64,000 bases of DNA from positions 52,292 through 116,291 of the forward strand of contig JAVZBY010000001.1 of assembly GCA_038874655.1 (NCBI GenBank). Direction: 5' to 3'. Source of the stretch: Candidatus Woesearchaeota archaeon. GTDB lineage: Archaea; Nanobdellota; Nanobdellia; Woesearchaeales; GW2011-AR15. Numbering within the stretch: position 1 is the first letter of the stretch; each line of letters begins with the position of its first letter. Shown here piece by piece: positions 40,601-52,037 of this stretch. The notes beneath the pieces are model-generated. The model searched no databases. It was given only the letters and a program-made list of their open reading frames with translations, and was not told the DNA's origin. The position numbers and the translations under genes are program-made.

Positions 40601-41725
40601 TTATATTGATTTAAGTAAATATTTTTCATATTTTTTAGATATATCTCTCCATAAATAGTTTTTAATTAGACGTCTATAAGCTTGCAATGCTTTTTTATTT
40701 AAAATTTTAGGATTAGACATCAAAAAGATGAGAAGATCCTTTATTTTTATAACATCTTCCGGATCAACTAAAAAACCAGTATTTCCGATTGTTTCTTTAC
40801 AACCTGAACTATTTGAGGTAATTATTGCACATTTAGCAAGCATTGCTTCTAATAAAGAAATACTTGCATTCTCATTTTTTGAGGTTAGTATAAATATTTT
40901 TGATTGTTTAAGTATTTTTTGATATTCTATTGTGCCTGGATTAAGCCAACCATGAAAAAAAACCTTAATCTTTGATTTTTTTGCTTTTTCTAACAGTTCA
41001 TTTTTATAAGGTCCATCACCAAGAATATGATATTCCCAAGACATTGCAAACTTTTTAAAATCATCTTTACTCAGTGCTTCTAAAACATATTGTATACCTT
41101 TTCTTGGAAATAGTCTTGCGGAGGTTGTAATAAAATTTTTTTTGGAAAATTTTTTATTACCTAATCTATCAAGATTAATACCATTTGGTATAACTTGAAT
41201 ATTATAATTACCTATGTTTTTTCTAGCTAAGTTTGCTAAATAGTTTGATGGAGATATAACATATCTTGAGTTTTGAATAATTAATCGTAAAATAGGTATA
41301 GTGAATTTATGTGCAAAAACAAATCTATCTTGGTTAAATCCTGGAACATCTGAACCATGGATTGTTATTATATAAGGTATTTTATAGATTTTATGAATTA
41401 GATATGCTAAAATTCCTGTAGGGATTATAAAATGACAATGAATCACATCATACTTTTTTTTATTATTTTTTAAAAAAAAAAAAGAAGAAAATAAATAAGA
41501 TAACATTTCAAAAATATTAGTATGTGTTTTATTTTTTCTTATACATTTTACTCTAAAAACATTTATACCTTCAACTATTTCATGTTCTTTTAGGCCATTA
41601 AAATGCATTGTTATTAAATCAACTTCATGTCCTAATTTAACAAGATTTTTAGAAAGTTCATATGTAACTTGCCCTGCTCCTCCACCTAAAGGAGGAAATT
41701 CATAATTCAAAACAAGGATTTTCAT
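40601..41725 (-). CDS. GT4 glycosyltransferase
   Basis: EFPPLGGGAG, TIHGSDV, IPNGI, RKG, ENASISLLEAM. Confidence 0.92.
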   Translation of the reverse strand: MKILVLNYEFPPLGGGAGQVTYELSKNLVKLGHEVDLITMHFNGLKEHEIVEGINVFRVKCIRKNKTHTNIFEMLSYLFSSFFFLKNNKKKYDVIHCHFIIPTGILAYLIHKIYKIPYIITIHGSDVPGFNQDRFVFAHKFTIPILRLIIQNSRYVISPSNYLANLARKNIGNYNIQVIPNGINLDRLGNKKFSKKNFITTSARLFPRKGIQYVLEALSKDDFKKFAMSWEYHILGDGPYKNELLEKAKKSKIKVFFHGWLNPGTIEYQKILKQSKIFILTSKNENASISLLEAMLAKCAIITSNSSGCKETIGNTGFLVDPEDVIKIKDLLIFLMSNPKILNKKALQAYRRLIKNYLWRDISKKYEKYLLKSI

Positions 41726-41782
41726 TTTTTTATTTAATATTTTTTTATCTTTTTATTTTTTAGTAAATATTTTTGTTCTGTT

Positions 41783-42769
41783 TTAAGTTATTTTTTCAAT
41801 AGAATAATTTTTTTTACCACCTGAGTAATAAAGTTTTATTAATATGTCTGCAATTAATCCAAATATAATAAATTGAATTCCTAAAATAACAAATAAAATT
41901 GATAATAATAACAAAGGTCTGTTTGAAATTGGAACTGCTTTAAAAAATTTCAAATATAATAAGTAAATGCCTGTTAAAAAGCCAAAAAAGGTCATTAATA
42001 TTCCAAAAGAGCCAAATAAATGAATTGGTCTAGCAGAATATTTTTGCCAAAAAGCAACAACTAATAAATCTAAAAAACCCTTTGGCAATCTAATTAAATT
42101 GTATTTTGTTTTTCCAAATTTTCTTGGCAAATGATTTACTTTAACTTCTCCAATTTTATATCCTTTTAAAGCTAATATTTCTGTTATATATCTATGCATT
42201 TCGCCTTTTAACTCTAAATCTTGCAAACATTCACTTTTATATGCTTTTAATGAACAACCTGAATCATGAATTTTATCATTAATTATTATATTTCTAAAAA
42301 ATTTTGCTAATTTAGAAAAAAATTTTTTTGTGAATGAATCCTTTCTATTGAAACGCCATCCTGAAACAACATCCAAGTTTTTATTTTTCATTTCTAATAA
42401 TAGTTTGGGAATATCCTCTGGGTCATTTTGCAAATCAGCATCCATTGTTATTATTATTTTTCCTTTAGCATAAGAAAAACCTGCATCCCAGGCAGCACTT
42501 TGACCAAAATTTTTTCTGAATTTTATTATTCTCAGATTTTTGTCTTTCTCTGCTAAATCTTGTAAAATATAAAAAGTATTATCTGTAGAACCATCATCAA
42601 CAAAGATTATTTCGTAAGAATTTATTTCAAGGTTTTTTTCACTTTTTTGTTTTTGAATTAATTTTTGCATTACATTAGTTATTTTTTTGTATAGTTCTGA
42701 AACATTATGCTCTTCATTATAAGCTGCAATAACAATCGATAAATCAAGTGCTTTATTTTGTATATCCAT
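41783..42769 (-). CDS. GT2 polyprenol-phosphate glycosyltransferase (ArnC/DPM-like)
   Basis: AYNEE, VDDGSTD, NFGQSAA, MDADLQNDP; two C-terminal TM. Confidence 0.92.
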   Translation of the reverse strand: MDIQNKALDLSIVIAAYNEEHNVSELYKKITNVMQKLIQKQKSEKNLEINSYEIIFVDDGSTDNTFYILQDLAEKDKNLRIIKFRKNFGQSAAWDAGFSYAKGKIIITMDADLQNDPEDIPKLLLEMKNKNLDVVSGWRFNRKDSFTKKFFSKLAKFFRNIIINDKIHDSGCSLKAYKSECLQDLELKGEMHRYITEILALKGYKIGEVKVNHLPRKFGKTKYNLIRLPKGFLDLLVVAFWQKYSARPIHLFGSFGILMTFFGFLTGIYLLYLKFFKAVPISNRPLLLLSILFVILGIQFIIFGLIADILIKLYYSGGKKNYSIEKIT

Positions 42770-42887
42770 ATCAAGAATAAATGTTGTTTTTTATATAAAA
42801 GTTGCTATTTAATATGTTATTTAATAATAGTTTATTAGATAATGTGTTTTAAATATCTTTTTAAAGATGTAAAAAATATTTATTTGT

Positions 42888-43793
42888 ATGGACTATACAA
42901 GAGACAATATAAGAAAACCTGTTGTTTCTGGACAATTTTATGAGGGAAATTTTAATAATCTAAATAAACAAATAGAAACATGTTTTTATTCCAATAAAGG
43001 TCCTGGAGAGTTGCCTATAAAAAGAAGATTAAATAAATTAATTGGTGTAATAAGCCCACATGCAGGATATTTTTTTTCAGGGCCATGTGCTTCTTGGGCA
43101 TATATGGAAATTGCAGAATCCGAGTTTCCTCATGCTTATGTAATTTTAGGACCTAATCATTATAATGTTTTTTCAGGTTTGTCTAAAAAAGACTGGGAAA
43201 CACCACTAGGAATTATAAAAACAGAGAAAGAGATTATAAAATTACTAGAAGAAAAAACAAATTTAAAGGTAAATGAGAGTTGCCATGAATTTGAGCATTC
43301 TATTGAGGTACAATTACCTTTTTTGCAATTTGCTTCAAGAGACAGATTAGATGATTTAAGAATTGTACCTATTTCATTAGGACATGATATTGAATTTAGA
43401 GATATCGGAAAACAACTATATAATGTTTTTTTTAATTTGTTAAAAAATAAAAAAATTGTTTTTATTATAAGCAGTGATTTTACGCATTATGGAAGAAATT
43501 ATGGATATTTGCCTTTTACATCAGATATAAAGAAAAGAATTTATGATTTAGATAATGGCGCAATAGAATTAATAAAAAAAATTGATGTAATTGGTTTAAA
43601 AGAATATTTAAACAATACTGGAATAACTATTTGTGGCTATATTCCTATATTAGTTTTTTTAAGTATGTTAAATGAAATGAAAGAAAAAGAAAATAAGAAT
43701 ATAAAATCAATTGTTTTAATGCATTATACCTCTGGTGATGTTATAGGAGATTTTAAAAATTCAGTAAGCTATGTCAGCATGGCTTTTAGATAA
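42888..43793 (+). CDS. MEMO1 family (AmmeMemoRadiSam protein B)
   Basis: VSGQFY, PHAGY, GPNH, EHSIEVQLPFLQ, SSDFTHYG, TICG. Confidence 0.93.
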   Translation: MDYTRDNIRKPVVSGQFYEGNFNNLNKQIETCFYSNKGPGELPIKRRLNKLIGVISPHAGYFFSGPCASWAYMEIAESEFPHAYVILGPNHYNVFSGLSKKDWETPLGIIKTEKEIIKLLEEKTNLKVNESCHEFEHSIEVQLPFLQFASRDRLDDLRIVPISLGHDIEFRDIGKQLYNVFFNLLKNKKIVFIISSDFTHYGRNYGYLPFTSDIKKRIYDLDNGAIELIKKIDVIGLKEYLNNTGITICGYIPILVFLSMLNEMKEKENKNIKSIVLMHYTSGDVIGDFKNSVSYVSMAFR

Positions 43794-44525
43794 TTTTTCT
43801 AAATAATTTAAAATTCCTTTCACATGACCTGCACCTATTACTGCTATAATTATTTTATCAGAATATTTATTAGATAGAATAAATAATTTTTTTGCCATAT
43901 ACAAATCTCTCTCGTCAATAAGAACTTTATATATTGAAGGATAGGATTTTTTTGTTTCTGTTAATACATAATCAATTAATTCTTGATCTGGAATTTTTGA
44001 AATATCAAAGTTTATTTTTTCTTTTTTAAATATAGTTGCAAAAGGATAAAATAAAAATTCAAAAAATATTTTTAGTAATTCTCTTTTTTTAATTTTTTTA
44101 GAAAATCTTGATAAAGTGAATTTAATATCTCTATCAATAAAATAAATAGGAATATTTTTTTCTTTTGCTAATTTTATAGCTTCATACATATCTAATCCAG
44201 GATTTACATTTAAAATATCACCATATTTTTTTTGTAAAGATTCACCTAATTTGTAAAAAAGAAATCCTAAAAGACCTATTTCTTTAATTAATGCAAAATC
44301 TTTTTTTTTGGATTTTTTTTTCTCTTTATCCTTTATATTTTTTAATTTATTATTTTCATTTTTATGTTCTATTTCTATGTTATACTCAAGATTTATTGCC
44401 CTATTTTCGTCTAGTTCTATTGCAACTATATCCGGATTTATTTCAAATGCTTTTCTTATTTTTGTAATGCTTTCTTTTGAAACATGAGAAGTACCAACTA
44501 AATGGATGTTATGAAAGGTTATCAT
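43761..44525 (-). CDS. TraB/PrgY family protein
   Basis: VGTSHVS, VAIELD..R, PGLDM, IDRDI, LIDERD, VIGAGHV. Confidence 0.9.
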   Translation of the reverse strand: MITFHNIHLVGTSHVSKESITKIRKAFEINPDIVAIELDENRAINLEYNIEIEHKNENNKLKNIKDKEKKKSKKKDFALIKEIGLLGFLFYKLGESLQKKYGDILNVNPGLDMYEAIKLAKEKNIPIYFIDRDIKFTLSRFSKKIKKRELLKIFFEFLFYPFATIFKKEKINFDISKIPDQELIDYVLTETKKSYPSIYKVLIDERDLYMAKKLFILSNKYSDKIIIAVIGAGHVKGILNYLEKLSKSHADIAY

Positions 44526-44602
44526 GAATTAGAAAAATAAAAATTTACTTTTATTTTTATCTTTTTTAAAAAAATTTGATAGAATAATAAATTTAAATAG
44601 AT

Positions 44603-46333
44603 CTATGAAAAATTTGTTTTATTTGTTTTTATTTTCAAAACAAGTTTTTTCAATCGATACTTTATTAATTTATATTTTTTAATGAATAAAATTATCAAAG
44701 CTATAATAATTGAATAAATAAATAAAGTTAAAAGATATGATTTAATTAGTTCTGTATTGATATTTGTTAAGGTTGCTTTTTTTATTAATTCTGTGCTTAT
44801 ATACATAGGATTATATTTTGCTTTCTCTATTATATAGGAAGGCATACTTTCTAAAGGAAATATTACTCCTGATGTTAATAAGAATATTGTCCCTATTGAT
44901 AAAGAAGCCAACATTGATATTTCCTCTGAGTTAAATATGTTTCCAATTAATAAACCTAAAAAGATGAAAAAGGTTATAATAATGATTAAAGAAATTATAA
45001 AAATCAAAATATGCTTTATATTTAAAAAATTAAATTCTATTTTGAAATAATAATTACTTACTAGGAATATTAATAATAATTGAATAAAAATAACTAATAA
45101 AGATGTCAAATATGTTGCAAAAACAAATAATCTATTTTTATTTGGTGTGGTAAAAACCCTAAAAAATGCTCTTGAGTTTTTTTCCATAATTACTAATGTT
45201 GATGCTAAAAATATTCCAGTAAACATAATAAGCATTGAAATTAATGAAGGAAATAAAAATCCTAGATTTGTAGATTGTTTAACTACAGGATTAATTTGTG
45301 TTATTATAGGATTAGCAATATTCTCTGAGTTTAGTATTTCAATAGAATTAATGTTATCTAAAATGCTCCTTATATTATTTTTAATTTCTTGATTATTTGC
45401 TTTTACTTTATTTAGATTATCAATTACTTGTAAAAGGTTATTATAAACTTGCTGATTTGTGTTTTTAGCTTTTTCTAATTTTTCAGAAAAATCTGAAATA
45501 GTTTGATCTAATTGCTCTTCAAATGTTGAAAACTCATTATTAAGATCTGTTTGACCTGTTTCTAATCTTATTTTTAAATTGTTCAGATTTGTCTTTAATT
45601 TATTTAAATAAGATGTTCCATTAGACATTACCCAATCGTCTAATGAATTAATCGTATTTATAGAATCACTAATATAAGTTAAAGAATCTGTTATCAATTG
45701 TGTGGTTTTTATGTTTATTGATTCTGTTGTAATTGTTTGTGTTTCTGTTGCTGAAAAATCCAAAGATAAAATAGAACTTGCTGAATTGTTTAATAAAGAA
45801 TTACTCGTATCTGTGTATTCATCTATTAATTTAATGTTTTTTTCAATTGTGTTTAATTTAGCTTTAGAGAAAATTATTGAAGAAATTAATTTATCAGTTA
45901 ATTCCTTGCTTATTTCTGTTGTTTTTTGCCCCAGTGATTCCATTAGCGTAGATAAAACTAAGTAAGCTAAATTTATTTTTGATTGATCAACATAAATTTT
46001 TATAAGCTCCTGTTTATCATTAGAAATTTTCATATTTCTTGGAAAAATTAAGCATGCTTGTGAAAAAGAATCTATCACAGAATTAATACAATCTGTTTCT
46101 GAATTTTCTTTCAAGATAAAGTAATTATTATCTGTGAGTGTTTTTATTAGTGATTCACTTAACGGAGAATATTGCTCAGAAAATACAGAAACTTTTATGT
46201 TAAAAGAACTAGTACTAAATGATAATCCAACTAAAAATATTATTAGTAATGGACCTAAAATTAATACAAAATTAGAAACTTTATTTCTAAGTAATAATTT
46301 TATATTTTTTTTAATGACGGATATTATTTTCAT
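44603..46333 (-). CDS. ABC-2 type permease with large extracellular coiled-coil loop
   Basis: N-terminal TM, long helical loop, six C-terminal TM with SGVIFPLESMP. Confidence 0.88.
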   Translation of the reverse strand: MKIISVIKKNIKLLLRNKVSNFVLILGPLLIIFLVGLSFSTSSFNIKVSVFSEQYSPLSESLIKTLTDNNYFILKENSETDCINSVIDSFSQACLIFPRNMKISNDKQELIKIYVDQSKINLAYLVLSTLMESLGQKTTEISKELTDKLISSIIFSKAKLNTIEKNIKLIDEYTDTSNSLLNNSASSILSLDFSATETQTITTESINIKTTQLITDSLTYISDSINTINSLDDWVMSNGTSYLNKLKTNLNNLKIRLETGQTDLNNEFSTFEEQLDQTISDFSEKLEKAKNTNQQVYNNLLQVIDNLNKVKANNQEIKNNIRSILDNINSIEILNSENIANPIITQINPVVKQSTNLGFLFPSLISMLIMFTGIFLASTLVIMEKNSRAFFRVFTTPNKNRLFVFATYLTSLLVIFIQLLLIFLVSNYYFKIEFNFLNIKHILIFIISLIIIITFFIFLGLLIGNIFNSEEISMLASLSIGTIFLLTSGVIFPLESMPSYIIEKAKYNPMYISTELIKKATLTNINTELIKSYLLTLFIYSIIIALIILFIKKYKLIKYRLKKLVLKIKTNKTNFS

Positions 46334-46344
46334 TTTTTAAAGTT

Positions 46345-47274
46345 TTATTGCATTTTTGTAAATATATCTTGCAAATTTAATCTTGATATTTTTAAGTCAA
46401 TTATATTTTCATTTGTTTTTGATAACAAAGGAAATAATTTTTTAATTACAATATCTGGTTTTAATGTGTAAATTACAAGTTCAGAACCTCTGTTTTCTTT
46501 TTTTATGATTGAACTATCATCAAAACTTTTCAGAAGTTTTTCATAGTTTCCGGGATATGTTTCTAAATGTATTTCTTGACCTTTTGAAAATGTATTTATA
46601 AGCTCATATAAAGTTCCAATTTTTATTTGTGATTTTGCTAATATTGCAATTCTTGTGCAAAAGTATTCTAAATCTGAAAAATTATGGCTTGCTACTATGA
46701 TTGTTGTTCCTTTTTTGTTTATTTTATGAAGCAATTGCCAAATTTGTTTTGCTATTAAGGGATCTAAATCTGAGGTTGGTTCGTCAAGAATTAAGATATC
46801 CGGATTATGTATTAGGGCACATGCAATATCTAATCTTCTTTGCATTCCTCCTGATAAGTTTTCTGCTAAAACATTTTTTGAGTTCTCAAGCTCTACCATA
46901 TTAAGTAGAATATTAATATTATTTTTTTTTGCTTCTTTATTTAATCCATATAGGGAAGCAAAATAATCTAAATTTTCATATACTGTCAATTTTGAATAAA
47001 AAGAAGGTAATTGTGCTGCAAATCCAAATTTTAGTTTTATCTTATCTTGATTTTCAAAAACAGAGATATATTTATTTTCATCTAAATAAAGAACATCACC
47101 TTTATCAGGTTCTATAAAACCGATCAGGGAATTAAGAAATGTTGTTTTACCACTGCCAGACATTCCTATTAATCCAATAATTTCAGTCCTTTTAATTTCT
47201 AAATTAATATTATCTAATACTATATTATTTCCAAAAGATTTGGTTAAATTTGTGATTTTTAGAATTGTTTCCAT
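46345..47274 (-). CDS. ABC transporter ATP-binding protein
   Basis: GMSGSGKT, LSGGMQRR, ILDEPT, SH. Confidence 0.95.
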   Translation of the reverse strand: METILKITNLTKSFGNNIVLDNINLEIKRTEIIGLIGMSGSGKTTFLNSLIGFIEPDKGDVLYLDENKYISVFENQDKIKLKFGFAAQLPSFYSKLTVYENLDYFASLYGLNKEAKKNNINILLNMVELENSKNVLAENLSGGMQRRLDIACALIHNPDILILDEPTSDLDPLIAKQIWQLLHKINKKGTTIIVASHNFSDLEYFCTRIAILAKSQIKIGTLYELINTFSKGQEIHLETYPGNYEKLLKSFDDSSIIKKENRGSELVIYTLKPDIVIKKLFPLLSKTNENIIDLKISRLNLQDIFTKMQ

Positions 47275-47451
47275 TTGACCCCTTTTTTTATATAAAAAAA
47301 TAGAGAACTATTTTTATATTTTTTGATTTAAAAAGAAAAAATACATAAAAAAAGTTATAATAAATTATAAAATGAGAAAAAAGGATAAAATTTATTTTTC
47401 ATATTAATAACTAGTATATATATTAAATTAAAATAGATATCAATGTACTAT

Positions 47452-48036
47452 TTATTTTTTGAATTTTTTTAAAATTATTTCAACCCAAATAAAATAAATA
47501 ACTAATGTCAATAAACTACCTAACAAAAACCAAAATGCAAAATCTTGATTTGTATTGGAAAAAGGCATACTTCTTAATGATACTTCTTGTGCCATTAACA
47601 TTGGTTCTGATTTTGAAGATTTTGATATGAAAAATATATCAGAATATTTTAAAAAGAAGGTTATTGCACCTGATATAATAACTACAGGTAAAAATTTTTT
47701 TAGATTCTCTTTTAAATTTTCTTTAAAGGAGGATATATTTTTTGGTGCTATAATGACATATTTATTTGATAAAGAATAATGAATTATTTCTTTACCTTTT
47801 TCTGAATAAGAATAATGCTCATCTGAAACTAAACTTGATTTTACTAACAAAGATAAATTATAATGAACTGTAGATAAAGGCATGTTTAACTCTTTTGAAA
47901 TCTGTGTTTCTGTTGCATGCTCTACTTTTGCTAAGTAATTTAAAATTTTTCTTGAAGTGTCATTACTTAAAACTTGTGCTAATGCCTTTGCTTTTTCTTC
48001 TTCTAGTGAAACTAATAAAAATGGTTCATCTGTCAT
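47452..48036 (-). CDS. ArsR-like HTH regulator with two C-terminal TM helices
   Basis: LSNDTSRKIL, TETQISKELNMPLSTVHYNL; hydrophobic C-terminal segments. Confidence 0.85.
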   Translation of the reverse strand: MTDEPFLLVSLEEEKAKALAQVLSNDTSRKILNYLAKVEHATETQISKELNMPLSTVHYNLSLLVKSSLVSDEHYSYSEKGKEIIHYSLSNKYVIIAPKNISSFKENLKENLKKFLPVVIISGAITFFLKYSDIFFISKSSKSEPMLMAQEVSLRSMPFSNTNQDFAFWFLLGSLLTLVIYFIWVEIILKKFKK

Positions 48037-48099
48037 ATTATTTTATAATAGTAAGATATATTTAAATAATTGGAAAACTTTAATTTAAGTTGAAGTAAT

Positions 48100-48348
48100 A
48101 TGGCAAAAAAAATAAAAAATGAAATTTATGAAAAAAAGATTAATTTAGAGGATAAAGATAAGATTGATTTAATTGTTATTTTGCTGTTTTCTATTGCATT
48201 AAGTTTTGTTGTTGAGATTAGTTATTTTTTTGCTAAAGAACTTTTTGAGATTGAAAATCAATTTTTTACTTTGTTTTTATGGATACTAATCATTATTGTG
48301 TTTTTTATATCTTTATTTTTAATAATAAGGAGATATTTTTTTAAATAA
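48100..48348 (+). CDS. Small two-TM membrane protein
   Basis: 82 aa, two hydrophobic helices. Confidence 0.6.
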   Translation: MAKKIKNEIYEKKINLEDKDKIDLIVILLFSIALSFVVEISYFFAKELFEIENQFFTLFLWILIIIVFFISLFLIIRRYFFK

Positions 48349-48367
48349 TTTCATTTTAATATATATT

Positions 48368-48672
48368 GTAGGGCAGTACTTAACTTCCGGCATCTTTGCT
48401 GAGGAAAGTCCACCCACCATTAAAAAGCACTTGCGAAAGCAAGATTCCGAAAGGAATGGCAACCGCTCAGAAACGAGACCACTTGCAAGGAAGATGATAA
48501 ATGCGAAAGTTATTGTAAAATAACTGAGATAACCTTTTGATGCTCTTGCAAGAACGGATGAAACGGCGAGTCCTGCTGGTGCAACCTTTAAAAGGGCATA
48601 GTTGAATGTTAAGAAGGACTACTGATTTTTTACAAATCAAGTCCTACAAAAGGTGGCTTACAACTGCTCTAC
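48368..48672 (+). ncRNA. rnpB: RNase P RNA (archaeal)
   Basis: GAGGAAAGTCC, CAGAAAC, GGATGAAACGG, GGTGCAA, ACAAAAGGTGGCTTAC; P1 GTAGGGCAGT/ACTGCTCTAC. Confidence 0.95.
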
Positions 48673-48700
48673 ATTTCTATTTTTATTTTTAAAAAATTTT

Positions 48701-49345
48701 TTACTGTTTCCATAACTTTGCATCATCTAAAAACTTTTTAATACCTATATCAGTTAATGGATGTTTTGCAATTTCTTCTAATATTGATGGTGGAACTGTA
48801 ATACAATCAACCCCAATTAATGCAGAATTCAAAATATGTTCTTTGTTTCTTATGCTTGCTGCTAAAATTTTTGTTTTAAATTTATAGTTGTCAAATATTT
48901 GTTTTATTTGTTTTAATACTTCAATCCCTGAAACACCTGAGTCATCTAATCTACCCAAAAAAGGACTTACATATGTAGCACCAGATTTAGCTGCATATAA
49001 AGCTTGCAAAGGACTGAAAATTAAAGTTACATTTGTTTTTATTCCTTTTTTTGATAAATAGGAAACAGCTTTCATTCCTTCATTTGTCATTATAATTTTT
49101 ATAACTATGTTTTTTCCCCATTTAACATATTCTAATGCCTCTTTTATCATGCCTTCTGAATTTTCACTTAATGTTTCAACACTAATAGGGCCATCTATTA
49201 TTTTAGAAATTTCTCTAATTACTTGTTCGTGATTTTTTCCAGATTGCTTTATTAAGGTAGGATTTGTAGTAATGCCATCACATAAGCCATAGCTGTTTAA
49301 AAGTTTTATTTTCTCAACATCTGCTGTGTCTATAAAAATTTCCAT
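48701..49345 (-). CDS. tal: Transaldolase / fructose-6-phosphate aldolase family
   Basis: FIDTAD, GITTNPTL, VIKI, NVTLIFS, YVSPFLGRLDD, LAASIR. Confidence 0.92.
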   Translation of the reverse strand: MEIFIDTADVEKIKLLNSYGLCDGITTNPTLIKQSGKNHEQVIREISKIIDGPISVETLSENSEGMIKEALEYVKWGKNIVIKIIMTNEGMKAVSYLSKKGIKTNVTLIFSPLQALYAAKSGATYVSPFLGRLDDSGVSGIEVLKQIKQIFDNYKFKTKILAASIRNKEHILNSALIGVDCITVPPSILEEIAKHPLTDIGIKKFLDDAKLWKQ

Positions 49346-49532
49346 TTTATCACCTTTTTTTATTTTATTTAAATTACAAAATTATTAATTTATAAAATTT
49401 ACAATAAACTATTTTAATCAAAAAAATATTTAGTAAATAAAAATTTGTTTTTTAATATTTTATTTAATATAAAAATAAAAGTAATTTAACAAAATTTAAC
49501 AAATATAAAAGTTATTATTATAAAATTTATTC

Positions 49533-49859
49533 TTATAGTTTATCTATTAGTTTAAGCATTTCTAAAAAGTGTTTTGTTATTATATCGATATTTCGGAAAT
49601 TTCTTGCTAATTTTGCTAAATAAAACAATGAAAAAAATAATATTTCTTTGGTTGGGTTTTCAAAAGTGCTACCTGCTTCTTTGAAAGCATCTTTCATTAT
49701 AAGAACAACAGAATTTTTGTTAAATTTTTCTCTTAATTCTTCATCTATTTGAACATTATTTAATGCTTCTTGATGTGCTTTTAGAAAACAATCTATTATT
49801 GCATCCCTGACTTGGATAGGCGTTAATTTTTTATTTGTTGTTTTACACTCTTTTTTCAT
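49533..49859 (-). CDS. Hypothetical helical protein
   Basis: 108-aa ORF; VRDAIIDCF, FENPTKE. Confidence 0.65.
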   Translation of the reverse strand: MKKECKTTNKKLTPIQVRDAIIDCFLKAHQEALNNVQIDEELREKFNKNSVVLIMKDAFKEAGSTFENPTKEILFFSLFYLAKLARNFRNIDIITKHFLEMLKLIDKL

Positions 49860-50049
49860 AGAGTTAATTAATTAAATAATATTAATAAATTTTACTAATT
49901 TTAATAATTAGAATTCAAAAAGATATGAAAAATATAAATTAAAAATAAAATAATAACAAACAAATAAAAAATTGAAAAAATATAAATAAAATATACTAAA
50001 GGTAAATAAAACCAAAATCTTAAATAGTTATATTTTATTTTAAAAAAAG

Positions 50050-51804
50050 ATGAAAAATAAGGAGATGTTTTTTTTTATATTATTTATTTTAGTAGTAATT
50101 AATTTAAATAGTGTTTACTCTAAATCTGGAAGTATTAAACTATTGGCTGTTTCTGAGGAAAGTGAAAAAGGTAGTATTGCAAATGTTAATTTAGAAATAA
50201 AAGAAGGATCTGGTAGAGTTTTTATTGATTCTTATCCTTTATCAAAGATAGACACACAAATTTCCACAAGATTTGCTAAAGAGGTTGCATGTAATTTTTT
50301 GGAATTAGATTGCAGCAATTATGACTTTTTTTATACTATTAAAGCTAATAGTGCTATTGTTGGTGGTCCTAGCGCAGGAGCTGCAATTTCTGTTTTAACA
50401 GTAGCTGTTTTAAGTGATTTACCTATTGATGATAAAACTACAATGACAGGAACAATAAATAGTGGCGGCATTATTGGGCCAGTTGGTGGGGTTTTACCAA
50501 AAATAAGCGCTGCTTCTGAAGTTGGTATTAAAAAAGTTTTAATACCTAAATATAGTGGTTTAAATGAGAGTAATATTAGTGATTTAGAAAAAAAATATAA
50601 AATAAAAATAGTACAAGTTTCTTTTTTAGAAGAAGCATTAAAAGAGATTACCGGTAAAGATTTTGAAAAAAATGTTGAAATTAATATAAGTACTTCCTAT
50701 TTAGAAACTATGAGTAAAGTTGCTAAGGATATGTGCAATAGAGCAAATTCTTTATATGAAGAAAACGAAATAACTTATAAAATTAAGAAAGGTGATGAAG
50801 AATTTAAAAATGCTAGTTTAATTTATTTACAAAGAGGTATAAATGCAACAAAAGATAATGAATTTTATAGCGCTGCTAGTTATTGCTTTGGAAGTGCGTT
50901 AAATTCACAATACCTAAAATTAAAAAATGAATTAAAAAGTGAAAAAAGTGAGGAAATAGATAAAATAAAGTTAATAAAAAAAATTAATGATACAAAACAA
51001 AGAATTAATGATTATAATTTATTTATAAAAAATAGGGAATTAAAAACTATAACTGATTTAGAAATTTATATGATAGTAAATGATAGATTAATTGAAGCTG
51101 ATGAAAGATTAAAAAATGCATTAGAAACAAATAACACTAATCAAAGTGTTTATAACTTAGCTTACGCTATTGAAAGATTAAATAGTGCTATTTCTTGGAC
51201 TAATTTTTTTGATATGAAAGGAAAGAAATTTAGTATTAATAAAGCCACATTAGATGAAAGTTGTTTAAGGAAAGTTTCTGAAGTAGAAGAAAGATTACAA
51301 TATTTAAAATTGTTTTTACCTGCGGAATTAGAAGATATAGAGAAATCAGTTAAAGATTCATATGAGAATTATAACAATCAAAAATCAGAATTATGTTTAT
51401 ATAAGGCAAGTATTGCAAAAGCAAGAGTTAATTTAATATTAAATACTATGGCAATTAATAACGAGGACATAAAAAATTTGATTGATGATAGAAGTTTTTT
51501 AGTAAAGAAAATAATTTCAAAACAGAATAAAAGAGATATTTTTCCTGTTTTAGCTTATAGTTATTATGAATATGGAAACTCATTAAAAAATAACGATGAA
51601 TACTCTGCTCTATTGTATTTAGAATATGCATTAGAATTAGGTAATTTAGATATTTATTTTGAGAAAAGTAAATTGCCAATTAATTTGCCTAAAATAGAAA
51701 AAAATTATATCTATATTTTTGTGGCTGGCTTAATTTTTGGAATTCTTTTTGGAATGGCTTTTATGTATGATATTTATCATTTAAAAAGAAAATTAAAAAA
51801 ATAA
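50050..51804 (+). CDS. Secreted/membrane-anchored archaeal Lon-like (S16) serine protease
   Basis: Signal peptide; GSGRVF, GGPSAG, TGTINSGG.IGPVGGV..K (Ser-Lys dyad); C-terminal TM. Confidence 0.9.
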   Translation: MKNKEMFFFILFILVVINLNSVYSKSGSIKLLAVSEESEKGSIANVNLEIKEGSGRVFIDSYPLSKIDTQISTRFAKEVACNFLELDCSNYDFFYTIKANSAIVGGPSAGAAISVLTVAVLSDLPIDDKTTMTGTINSGGIIGPVGGVLPKISAASEVGIKKVLIPKYSGLNESNISDLEKKYKIKIVQVSFLEEALKEITGKDFEKNVEINISTSYLETMSKVAKDMCNRANSLYEENEITYKIKKGDEEFKNASLIYLQRGINATKDNEFYSAASYCFGSALNSQYLKLKNELKSEKSEEIDKIKLIKKINDTKQRINDYNLFIKNRELKTITDLEIYMIVNDRLIEADERLKNALETNNTNQSVYNLAYAIERLNSAISWTNFFDMKGKKFSINKATLDESCLRKVSEVEERLQYLKLFLPAELEDIEKSVKDSYENYNNQKSELCLYKASIAKARVNLILNTMAINNEDIKNLIDDRSFLVKKIISKQNKRDIFPVLAYSYYEYGNSLKNNDEYSALLYLEYALELGNLDIYFEKSKLPINLPKIEKNYIYIFVAGLIFGILFGMAFMYDIYHLKRKLKK

Positions 51805-51928
51805 AGATTATAATTATAAAAATTATGACTATAAAATAATTAATAAAATAATTTAAAAATAAGATAATTTAATAATTTAAAAAAGCAATTTTTATAAATA
51901 AACATTTTTTCTTTAACTTAAAAGCCAA

Positions 51929-52037
51929 AAACAGCAGATTAGCTTTTTAAAGTTAAAATAAAATTTAAAAAGGACTGCTGTTTGAAACTGCTGAGGCGAG
52001 AAAAATGCAGTTGCTAACTGCTATTTCTATTGCCTTA
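51929..52037 (+). promoter_or_regulatory. Candidate structured 5' leader of rps2 (two hairpins)
   Basis: AAACAGCAG/CTGCTGTTT enclosing CTTTTTAAA/TTTAAAAAG; GCAGTT/AACTGC enclosed by TGAGGC/GCCTTA; TATA-like box at about 51891-51900. Confidence 0.55.
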